Shown here: positions 9,394 through 20,766 of the stretch, piece by piece | How positions within the stretch are numbered: the first letter of the stretch is position 1 | Layout: every line of letters starts with the position of its first letter | Source: Selaginella moellendorffii | Taxonomy: Eukaryota; Plantae; Lycopodiophyta | Direction: 5' to 3' | Assembly (NCBI RefSeq): GCF_000143415.4 | Contig: NW_003314262.1 | Location: 5,349,876 to 5,413,875 of the forward strand | Length of the DNA: 64,000 bases | Notes under the pieces: model-generated | The model's database searches: none | The model's input: the letters and a program-made list of their open reading frames with translations, nothing else | Told to the model about the DNA's origin: nothing | Translations under genes and position numbers: made by a program

Positions 9394-12300
9394 TCAGTAG
9401 AACTGTGCTTTAAGTTCCTGAGCACGGTCGAGAGGAGCGCCGCATGAGTCACGAAGCCAGTCGAAGATTGACAGGAATGTATTCTTCTCACAGGGCGCCA
9501 GAAGCTTTAAAATAAGCCCAAAACGCTTCACTTTCACCAGCCCGCCAAGCACTGCCATTGTTCCCTGGAAGAATCTTCCCGTTAAGGTAGAAGAAGAGAT
9601 AGAAAGATAGGAACTTACCGCGGGATCGTGTGGCATGAACGCAGCTTGCAACGACTTTAGAATGATCCTCAGGACTTCCACGCTCAGGTTCTCCTTGAAA
9701 ATCCCCGGATACTCGTCAATGTGGATCCTGCTGATGAACTCTCTAAGCAGCTGTGATTGGCCTTGTAGTCGTTCACACGATCGCTGGAACTCTATCGCGG
9801 TCCTTGGCTTTTCAGGAACTGTCGTTGCCCTGGCTTGTCTGACGTTCCGTTCAGGAGCTATTGGACGCTCTTGTGGTTGAGACACTGGAATGCAAGCTCC
9901 TTCGCCAATCTGAGTCTTTATTTCGTGCATCGAAGGGCTCCTTCCCGAGGTTTCTTCAAGATTCTTGTCGCTGCCAGCCTCTTCCTGGGATGACTCTTTG
10001 ACAAATGATACTCGAAGCTTCCGCTTGATAGTCCTGAGCTTCTCACCGATTTCTGAATCATCCGGTTGCAATTTCAGAGCGGCCTGAAGATATAGAAGAA
10101 GAATCATGAGTAACAGAAAATGTTTTCCTATATAGAAAAGAAAATGTTGGACCTGTAGGTCTTTGAGGGCCCCTCGAAGATCACCAAGGCCTTCAAATGC
10201 CAATGCTCTCCTGTAGTATGCCTTCGCATATCCACAATCTATGGTAATTGCTTCAGAACAATCCGATATTGCGGTATTCCAATCTCTCATCTGCAATGCA
10301 AACAAAGTTGGCCATAACGCAGACACTAGAATTTACCTTTAGATAGCAGAGTGCTCGGTTAGCAAAAGTTGCCGCAATGCCATGATCTAAACTCAAACTC
10401 CTGCTGTAACACTTGATCGCTGCGCAGTAATCTTGAGACTTGAAATGTTCATTCCCGATTGTTCGCTGCTTGTTTGCTTCTTCTCGAGCGTCATTGGTAT
10501 TTTCAGGCCGACACGCCGTCGATGATTCCTCATGCTCGCATTTCTACACAAAGGTCATCACGTCAGTAAACTTCAAATGGAAAGCGCTAGATACCGTCTC
10601 AACGATCTCCTCAATCACCATCGGCCCAGCTCGCATAGGAATGTACGAAGAGTTCTCCTCGAGCGCAGGAGAGAGTTTACGTTCAGATAGGATCTTTAGC
10701 TCGCCCTGCAAAAGTTACAAGATTGGCATCGAACATCTATATAGAGATAAGCTTAATAGATGAAATCACCTCGGGAACACTCTCTTTCGTAGATATTTCA
10801 CGTTGAGGAAATTTCTGCGTCTTAGTCACCCGAGTTCGAAGGGCTGGAGTTCGACTCTCCATCTCTAGCAACGCTGAAGAAGAACGGGATTCCTCTTCAC
10901 CTCCAACCTCTTCTATTGAAATTCTTTTACAACTGTCTGCAAGCTTATCATCGTCTTTTTGCTTCTTCCGAACAGCTCTTTCTGCCTTTTCTTTCAAGGT
11001 CGAGGCCTCCTTACAAGATGAATCCAAATCAAATGCAGCGGTTAAATCTGCAACGTGGAATTCAGAAACGTCATAAACTCTAAACCGAATGAGCACCTCT
11101 CAAGGCCGCCTCCGGCCTTCCTATTTCCAGATAAGCCACTCCACGACGAAGAAGTGCCTGCTCTTGCGACGGCATTGTTCGCGTTAGCTCAAAATCAGAA
11201 ATATTGTATACCTTGACGTGATTTGGGTCGAGTTGAAGTGCTTTGGAACAGTCTGCAACAGCATCATCCCATCGATTCAGCTGTTCATATATGCTCGTCA
11301 TGGATGTGCAAACTAGTGTCAATTGACGATTACCTTAACTTGAACTGCAGCACGATTAGCAAACGTCGTCGCCGAATTCGAAAATAGTTCGAGGGACAAG
11401 CTGTACGCATCTAGTGAAGCAATATATTCTCGTGCCTGAATATAAACAGAATCAGTCCCCAGATTGCAAATGCAGTTATTTTTACCTTAAACAGCTCATT
11501 GCCCTTCTCTCGCTCTCGGTTTGCATGCCATTCCCTCTCTGTTTGCGATTTAGAAACAATAGCATTCCTGCATACAGATTATTAGCGCTATAGATTTTTG
11601 CAAAAACTGGTATACGGACCTTTCTTTGGTTTTCTTGGGACGAGGTATCTTTTCTTCGGTATTGCAGTCGTCTTCCTGGAGAAAATGTACAACATCAACC
11701 CAGCACTGCCAATGATAGAAATGACTTGCGTTTTCGCATTTTGCGGCGAATTCATCCCATAGTCGGTAATAATCTCTGCCACTTTTTAAGTCTTTACCCT
11801 CTTTCTTCGTGCGGGTATTTAAAACTTCAGAAGGCTTAGTTGTTTCTTGTATAGTTGGCCTGGCCTGCGCATAAAAACCGGAAAGCGTAAGAAACAGAAA
11901 ATGAGCGCGTAGCCTACTTTGTCGCCGGACTCTGCAGCTTTGGGGCCTTTCACTCTCTGAAGCTGGCGAAGCTTGTCATCGGCACCTTTGATCGCGTCCT
12001 GGTGGTGAGAAGAGTGAAGAAATAAGAGCTTGAGAAGTCCCCAGAAGATTTTTGGACGCACGAATTCACCTTCCACGAGTCGAAGGTCTTAAGAAAACCA
12101 TCGAAATCTTCGTCGTATTCGTCAACTCTGAGATACACGATGAAAAACCACATGAAAAAAGGAGAAGAAGAAGAAACACTTACCGAGTTTCGCGCTCTCC
12201 GGGACGAAAAACCCGGCCCCCTAGTTTGATAATAGTTTCGTAAGCAGCCTCGGCAGTTTGGGGAAATCCCTCTTCCCTGGAATCGACTAAATCAGCTGCG

Positions 12301-12520
12301 AAAGCTAGAAAGAAAGAAATCCTCACCGCATATATCTCTCGAGTTTCTTGAGCTTCCGGAGATCCGTCATGCCGCGGATTTGATCTCCGCTAGAAAGTAG
12401 AGAACCAAAACACATTTAACCGGAAAAATGCAGCGATGGCGGCAGTAAATCTTACGTGATATGATCGAATTCGTCCATCTCCTTGTCGGAAATCCATGAG
12501 CGCTTCACGCCAGCGACCAT
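9394..12520 (-). CDS. SPAG1/RPAP3-family TPR co-chaperone with an RPAP3 C-terminal domain (many exons; start approximate)
   Basis: Two carboxylate-clamp TPR clusters (REKGNELFK, FANRA, KAYYRRA); C-terminal PRTAIEFQRS...IFKENLSVEVL...VKRFGLIL; N-terminal LRKLKKLERYMR|SREEGFPQ resembles the SPAG1 N-terminus. Confidence 0.8.
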
Positions 12521-12685
12521 AGCTGCGAGAAGCCCTAAGAACAAACTCGGGAATCCAACGGAGGTTTTCTCGACAGCCGTCGGATCCTCCCGCCAGAAAT
12601 TCGTAGCAATATAGAATTAGGGTTCTTATTTTGGAGCTCGGCTATGGCGGAATGTGAGGCGCTCTGGTGAGGCAATCTGGTCGAA

Positions 12686-15222
12686 ATGGCAGCTCAAGAA
12701 GAGGATGCGACTCGCCTGAGATTGCTCCTCGAGTCGTCCTCGAGCTCTCTTGGCGACATCGCCGCCGCCTGTCATGCGGTGGAATCCGTCTCCAGGCACT
12801 TGCCAAGATCGTTCTTTTGCGTTTGCTTCCCGCTCCTCCTGCGCAGATTGTTTGGATTCAAGGACTTCCAGGCAGGGGCAGTGACTTCCTCGGAGGGATG
12901 GCTCTCGGTCGTCTCGCAGGCGGGCTGTGAATCGGCCGCGACGGTAGTAATCGCTCTCCTAGCGCCCGGGAGCTCGCTCTTCAAATCCCTCCTCGCCTCG
13001 GACAGCGAGAGCGTCGTGAGGTATGTGTTTCCATTCGAGCGCCTCCCGGAATGGGTCCGCCGCCTCTTGGCGGTGGAGGGCGGCGGCCCAGTGCTGGAGC
13101 ACGTCTCGATTCTCTTCCGGAAGAGGCTCAAGGAGGACATCACTGGGTCGATCCAGATCGAGCTAGACATCTTCCAGTATTACATCTTCTGGTTTGCCTA
13201 CTACGCGGTTTGCAAGGAGTCTCCAGCCGCCAAGACTTCCAAGACTGGGCTCTCTCGATCATCCCAGCTGCGCAGCCAGATCGAGAGCTGGGCTTCTTCC
13301 ATCCCGGGGCTCCATCACTCTCACCAGGGAAGCTTGGTCTCGCCGCTTCATCCATACTTGCAGCTCCTCCAGCTCTATCTTTCACACTTTGTTGGTCCAG
13401 CGATGATCCGGAAAGACAAGCAAGTGATCTCACTATGGGAAGACTACGTCATCTCGCACGCCGACATACTCGTCCGGACTTTGATCGATTTTTGGCTCAT
13501 TGACGACGATCCTTGTCCGTTCTCGCTCGCGGTGTGCCAGTCTTTGCAGCTCCACACTTTGCCGCCACCTTCGTCTTACGTGCCGCCAGGAAGAGATCTC
13601 ATCGATGCCGTGAAGCTGCTCATCAACTATTTCAGTGCTCTTCTCCAAACGCAGATTGGTCACCACGAGCAGTTCTTTGCTTCGCCAGAGTCACCGGCTG
13701 GATTCAGGAGGAAAGCTTCGCTTCTGTCGGATTTGCGAGCAAGTTCCGCGCTGAATGCCAGTCCGTATCTGCAGTCGCTGCAAAGGCCGCTCTATCGGTT
13801 CTTTCTCCGGGCGTTTTGTTTGTGGCCGGTTGGGACGTCCCTGACCAAGGTGCTGCCGATGGTCGACCTGTGGCTGCACTACTTGGAACCATGGACGGCG
13901 ATTCTTCTCGTCCCAAAGGACAGCAGCGTTCAGCCTGGCTCCAGAGTTGTTCTTGACGAGTCGAAGCGCTTCTACTCGGCATACTGGCAGGAATACGTTC
14001 TCTCCAACTATGGTTTCTACACGTCGCTGGTTTCGCACTTCCTGGATTTCGCTTTGAAGTTTCTACACGTCGACATGGAGCTGGTCGTCCAGGCAACATG
14101 CAAGGTGAACCCATCGCTCCACTTGCTATAGGTGGCTCCTATACATACACCCATAGAAACTGACCAGAACTGGTGAACTGATGGCGTCGTCTCTTTTTGT
14201 TGAAACAGGTTCTCGGTGTTTTGGCCAAGTCAGATGATCTGTTAGATCTTCTGCGGAGGGTTAATGCCGCGTACACGGAAAGCTTTCTCGGGAGGCATCA
14301 CTATACGAGTAATCCTTTTGTTGACAGAGTCCCAATCATCATGGAACAGCTACAGGTAACTCTTTGCCTATCAAAACTTCCCGTTTTACTCTTTGCTTAT
14401 CAAATGTTCCCGTATCCTTTCAGGATTGGGAAGAGGGGATGACAAATTCAGAGAAGGAGCATGGCGAGATCTTGCACTCGAGCATGCAGACCAGTGCCCC
14501 CCAGCTGCATTTATTTGGTGTGGGAGAATACGGAGGCCATTATGTCTTACAGGTGATATTTGTGAACTTTGGTATCTCTTTGCTAAACAGACTATTCCTT
14601 TCAGAGCATCATCTTGCTGGCGGAAGCGGAAAACCGAGCTTGCAACACCGACAAGCTGCCAGTATCTCCCAAGACCTTGAGAAATCTGAAGGAGCTAGTC
14701 CTGAAAGTTTTTGAGCGGGAGGTTTTGGGAAGGCAGCAGCCGCTGAGGTCGGACTCTGGCTCTCCACTCCCCGAGATGGTGATCCCGGAGACAAATCACT
14801 CGGAGGAGACCCCGGAGAGAAGTCCTGGACTCCAGAGGCACAGCGTGGCGGAGGTGAAGTACAAAGGCGATTGGATGAGACGTCCGATAGAAAGCCAGGA
14901 GATCGGGTGGCTTGTCCGGCTGCTGGTGGAGGTCTCGGACAAGCTAAACGGTTGCCTGGGATTTACCGGAGGCAGGGAATTGATCGAAGAACAGGGGTGC
15001 TCATCACACTCGCAGGTGCTCGACGCTGTTTTTCCCGAAGTCCTCAAGCCAGTGGCGAGAGCTCTACTCGCAGCTTTCCTCTTCGTGGTGAAGGAGTTGC
15101 GGAAGCGGGGATTTAGAATAAATTTGCGGCCACTAGCGAGCAAGCAGGCGATCAGTTCCGGGGCTCTAGCGCTCTTCTTCTACTGGCTGGTCAAGAAGAT
15201 CGCGGGGTATTTCTTCAAATAA
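12686..15222 (+). CDS. Sphingomyelin phosphodiesterase 4-like membrane protein (4 exons)
   Basis: FQYYIFWFAYY, LQRPLYRFFLR, WLHYLEPW, YKGDWMRRPIESQEIGWLVRLL, FRINLRPLA and a C-terminal TM segment. Confidence 0.85.
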
Positions 15223-15582
15223 TAGCCGTTGGATGGATGGGATCGACGGCTAAGGCGCTAGGGTTCTTTACGACGCTTGAGGCATATTCCATTGGCGGGT
15301 TTTTCAAATAAGTCCAACACGTGGCTTATCCGAGTGCTACGTGGCAAGGCCGTCATAACGTTGTGGCTTCCAAGGACGTGGCGTTTAGGGTTTATAGCAC
15401 AAGAAGAGGCGGCAGGAAGCATCCAGGCAGGTTGAGGGATATCACTTTGGAGTTTTTGGTCACTGTGGATTGAAAATGGAAGAGTTTTCATCGTCTTCGT
15501 CGGGATCTCTCTGCGTTTTGGAGCAATGGCGATCGGGTGGTCTCGTTGGTGTTTGTTTTATTGATGGATTCGGCCGGGATCA

Positions 15583-17010
15583 ATGCAGGGAGTGGCCGGG
15601 AATTGTTTCGAGCTTGTGCGGAGAGCCATGGTGGGAGCTTTGGAGTCGCAAGCAGCTATCAGTCTTGCGACGTTTGGGGGAGTGAAGAGACCTCAGTTGC
15701 CGATCAATTTTTTCAAGTTTCCTGCCGCCACGCGCCTCAAGGCTGTGCAACAGGTTTGTCTAGCGTCATTTTCGTTTCCACAAGAAAAAAAAGCTCTCTC
15801 ATGTTCGTTCTTTGCAAATTTGATTTCTCTTGCAGTACATAGGCTGCTTTGAGTACCGGATAGCGCTTCAGCCACACTACAATGTTAATAAGTACAGGCC
15901 ACTGGCAAAACTTATGGACACTGCACAGATGGTTAGTTTCTTGAGAGTTTGTAGCGATTAGTTCTTCAGGGTTGGTTTTTATTTTTGTTTCTCTCTTTCC
16001 AGATGATTCACAGTCCTCAGGCAATTAAATGCGTTGAAGGTGTGATTTTGGCAATTTATCTCACCGTAAGCTTTCGACATCTTTGTTGGGAAGTTCTTAA
16101 TGCGTGCTTGCTTTTGTGGAGTAAGGCCGGACTCCAAGGCGTGGAACGACTTCCCGTGGGTTTTGAGACTGAACAAGACACGAAGGTACATCGTCCATAT
16201 GATATCTGCGGTGGTTTTCTAAAGAGGTTTTTTGTATGAGCTACAGATCCATCAGCACATCATTCTAGTGGTGCGCAATGGAAAGAAGTTTGGTGCGTTT
16301 GGGATGAGCCGCGAGGCCGACTTGGCAGGAAGAGAGATTGAGTTTGATAGGTTCTCGTCACAGCTCTTAAGTTTGTCCTTCTACATCCTTTTAAATTTTT
16401 GCAGCTTCTCAAGTATTGTTTCTGATTACAAACGAGCCTACGAAGGCCATCGCCACACCATCCAGAAGCTATGGGTTGGACTGCCGGTAATCTTTCTTTT
16501 TCTGTTTTGGAAACTTGAACCATTTAAACTTTTAATTTGTCCTCCTTTTTTATCAAGGTGGAACTCAATGTCGAGTCTTATAACTACGTTTGCTGGCGGT
16601 ATTTGACACTCACGCCAAACTTGCAACCATGGATAGAGGTAATTCTTTGCGCATACTTCTCTAAAGTGACTAAAATTCTTACTTACAGTGCTGTGCCGAA
16701 ATGGACAAACACTTCTCGCAATCGAAAAAACTCTGGGAAAGGTCAGTCTACCTTATAGACAACCATGCTAATATTTTTCTTAAATTCTTTCCTTCTTTTC
16801 CTTAGATGGCTGCTCGAGGGACAGGGAGAAATCCCAAAGAACCAAAGCATCTATAACAACGCCAAGAAACTGGATATAAACGCTGTTCCCAGAGCTGCAG
16901 GCGCGATCTTGAGGATTCCAAGGCCGCCTTCACGCTCGACGATCTTACCATCGATCGTGAACCTCAACGATGAGGCTACTACTCCTGGTAAGAAAAGCGC
17001 TGAAAGTTAA
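15583..17010 (+). CDS. Vasohibin-family protein (putative tubulinyl-Tyr carboxypeptidase), multi-exon; ends approximate
   Basis: Spliced peptides RLKAVQ, IKCVEGVILAIYLT, ERLPVGF, HQHIILVV...FGAFGMSR, IVSDYKRAY...HTIQKLWVGLP match the vasohibin core, including the catalytic Cys and His. Confidence 0.85.
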
Positions 17011-17348
17011 TTAGCTAGGTAGAAACTGGAAGAAAAAACAAAAGCCAGAGAGAAGAAGACCAAAAAAGCGCTATCTTTTCCCTGACTGAATTTACAGTGC
17101 CATCGCGAGTGGGTTTTCATGAGATCCCGTCCATCAGATATTTCCACGACTAACTTTTAATGGGAGTTTTTTTATTCTACCTTTAACTTAACCCCGCCTT
17201 TTATCGTGTGACGTCTGCCCTAGTTTCTTGTTTCATGTGAAGAGGTCCATCGTCGAGGGTTTGGAGATCGCGTGTCCGCGTCGGCGCTTCCGGTTTGCCT
17301 CGATCCCTGGGAATTTCTCACAATGCAGGGCTGAATCGCCGGGGATTG

Positions 17349-20053
17349 ATGTCATCAATGCGTGGAATGCTAAGAATGCGTCGCAGATTCGCTGCCGCTG
17401 CTACGAATGGAGCTCTCAAGTCGTACTCTGTCGCGGCGGAATCCCAGGTGCGATTGCCAGATGAGTTGTGTTGTGTAGTCGAGCGAAGAATCGTTCGAGA
17501 ATTTGTAGTCGAGAGAATCGTTAGAGAAATTCGTCCAGTTTGGTATTGTTCTTTCTTGTGATTCTTTGTTCTGTTTCCTTTGCTGATACATATCTTCGTT
17601 TTTGGTCAGGGCGTTGGGCTTTGTCCCTATGGACGTCGTGAGCATATGAAGCTTCTCATGGAGTTCTTCCAGAAGAATCTTCCCAGAGCGTGTACTTTCC
17701 TGGCCCCGTCGACGAACTTTGCATCAGCGTCGTACCGATTTCCTGTCAGGAAGTTCCAGTTTAGATCGTCGTCTGTGCAAACAATCGGGCCGAGATGCTG
17801 CGCTTTGCCCGTCAGATATTTCTCGAGCACTCCATCGCCAGAAGCACTAGATCGGCTAAGTTGCTGCAGCCACAAGAGGGACTCCGACTCCGACGATGAG
17901 ACCGAGTCTCTGGGGCGGTGTTCTTACGTCCAGCCTCCAGGTAATCGGGAAGAGGCAACCGAGAAACTCCAGGAGGAATTCGAAACTGCGATGAAGTGCT
18001 TCGAAGACGCTCCACCATGCCTGGACGACATTCCGAAGATAAATCCCAATGGTAGGTGAGTATATTTGCGTTTTCATCTTCTAGCTGCTCGAGAATTGTG
18101 TCTAATGCTCGGGTTTTGCAGGTGTTTATGCCAACCATAACTTGCGCTTGGATCTCATCAGCGTCTATGGATTTGACTACGACTTCACGTTAGCTCACTA
18201 CACTGCGAGTTTGCAGCATTTGATTTACGACCTTGCCAAAGAACAGCTTGTAAAAGAGGTATTTGCGGTATTTTATTTTCTTTGCACAACGATTTAGGCT
18301 GATATCTTCTATGAACAGCTGAAATATCCGGAGTCATGCTTGGATTTCAAGTATGATCAGAGTTTTCCAATAAGAGGGTTATATTACGATAAGAAACGGA
18401 GCTATCTGCTGAAGCTAGACTTTTTCCACTGTGCGGAAGTTGCGAGCTGTTTCTTTGGCCGCCGGCGTGTAAGTGGATGTTTCTTTCTGTTCCTTCTTAA
18501 CAGTGAGATTTCAGTTAACGCATGAGGAAGTCGAGCAAGCATATGGAGGAAAGCATATAAGCCCAGAGAACTTAAGTAACCTCGTCCCTCTTATGGATTT
18601 ATTTTGCTTGAGCGAGGTACATTTTTTATGTTTATTTTTTCTTCTTGCTATCGATGTTATTGTCTATACAGGTCTGCCTTCTCTCCGATGTTATTCAACA
18701 TTTCGTAGATCAAAAGCTCCAGTTTGATCCTGGTTATGTGTACGAGGACGTAAGACGCTCTGTTGAGAATATCCATCGAACCGGACTTTTACATAAACTT
18801 GTCCTTGAACGCCCAGAGGAGTACCTTGTGAAAAATGTAAGAACTTGGCTTTCTGTTCTCGCATTTTAAGCGCTTGTGAATACAGGAAGCTGTCACCCGG
18901 ATGCTAAAAAGGCTTAAAGAGATAGGAAAAAAGACGTTCATGATCACAAACTCTCCTTTTCCGTTTGTAGATGGAGGGATGAGATACTTGTTTCAGGTAA
19001 ACGGACTGTCTTTTGATTTTCCTGTCATAACATTGTTTATATGCGTAGGAAGACGGAGACGACGGAAGCTCCTGGAGAGAGTTGTTTGATGTTGTTGTGG
19101 CTCTATCAGATAAGCCAAACTTCTATTCCTCTCAACGACCATTCAGGTAATGTTTATTACGTACATAGCAAAAGATTTAATGAATACTGTGAAACAGGCA
19201 TTACGATATAGAAGCCGACAGCCTAACCTTTAACAAGGTGGAGGAGTTTGAACCTCATGCTGTTTATTACCATGGATGCTTGAAGGACTTTCTTCAAATC
19301 ACGAAGTGGCGAGGAACAGAGGTGTGAAGGTTTTGCACTGGACAGCTTTAAAATGCTTAACATTTGCAGGTCCTGTATTTTGGAGATCACTTATTTAGTG
19401 ATTTACGAGGCCCTTCAAAGGCTGGATGGCGCACGGCTGCTATAATTCGGGAGCTTGAGGTCTGTCTTGAGATATAAATCAGTATAAAGCAACTCATGTT
19501 CCACTTTCAGAGGGAGATCGCTACACAAAATGAAGATGAATATCGCATCCACCAGGTATTTAAAAGGGCCTAGCTGTCTTATCGTAAACGTGATAGTAAT
19601 CTGTTAACAGGCACGATATCATATGGTTCAAGAGCTGCTTGGCAAATATCACGGCTTGCCTGTGGGACCTAGAAGGGACAAAGAAAAAACTCTTCTCCTG
19701 GCATTAAGAAAGGAACGCTTGAATGCGAGATTATCGATGAGCCAGATGTTCAACCGCTACTTTGGTTCAACGTTCCTCACAGATACTGGCAAAGAGTCGG
19801 CTTTCGCATATAACGTGCAGAAGTACGCGGACGTGTATACAAGCCGCCTTGAGAACTTGATGACATATTCCAGTGAAGCGTGGCTCTATACCCCGTTCGA
19901 CGTGAAGATTTTGCCGCATCATATCAAGGTACTCATGTCTAGTGGTTTTTCTCTGATTGTTCACTAATTCGTGTTTCAAAAGCTTGTGTGTGACTACAGG
20001 TCGGGCCGTCTAAAGTTTTCAAGGATTGGCCATTTGAATCCTACCCAGCATAG
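17349..20053 (+). CDS. HAD-superfamily 5'-nucleotidase (cN-II/NT5DC type), probably organelle-targeted
   Basis: [60 protein letters not shown]. Confidence 0.92.
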
Positions 20054-20440
20054 TGAAGATCAGCTGTAAGCAACTTATGAGACTTTTTTCGTAACTGCTA
20101 ATTTGCAATGTTTCTAGTCATGAACACCTGGAGCCACAACTGGAAATGGCGGATCGCTGATGTGGATAGATTGGACGAGACACGACTTGTGGAAACGGGG
20201 AACAAAAAATAACGAAGATAGGTACCGTTTTGGAGTTAAGTTTCGTGGAGAAGTTTTGGGAAGCTCCGCTGTATGTTGTCTCCAGCTGAGACTCTGTCCT
20301 CTTGGGCTTCCTCCACACTAGGCCGGTTATGGAGGAGGAGGACTAGTACTGGCGGAATTGTAGAGGAACCAGCGGTAGCAGGAAATCCGATAGGTGGGGA
20401 ATCAGGAACTTCGAGTGGAGCAGCAGCTCCAGAATCAACA

Positions 20441-20652
20441 ATGGTGCTGCGATCGCAATCTAGAAGAAGGAAAACTCCGGAGCCGTCTATCGTGCGTCGT
20501 CGCAGAAGACCAGGAGGCAAGGTAAGATCTTTGTTTTGTTTTGGTTCTTCGTTTTCTCGCTTGGATTTCTCATTGCGCGAGTGACTTGTTGTTTACAGGG
20601 ACGCAGGAGACGACGGAGAAGACGCGCGAAAACTCACTCAAGTCGTTCGTGA
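20441..20652 (+). CDS. Predicted 44-aa Arg-rich protamine-like protein, 2 exons (20441-20521, 20599-20652)
   Basis: AACAATGG start context and a GTAAGA...TTTACAG 77-nt phase-0 intron. Product MVLRSQSRRRKTPEPSIVRRRRRPGGKGRRRRRRRRAKTHSSRS. Absent from the ORF track. Confidence 0.6.
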
Positions 20653-20766
20653 TCCATGGAACCATTCTTTCAATCAGAGCTGGGAAAATCTAGCTTTTAA
20701 TGCGAGTTTATAGAGCTCTCTCGTGTCTATCGAGCTAGGGGTTTAGGTTTTTGAAATATTTGAGCG

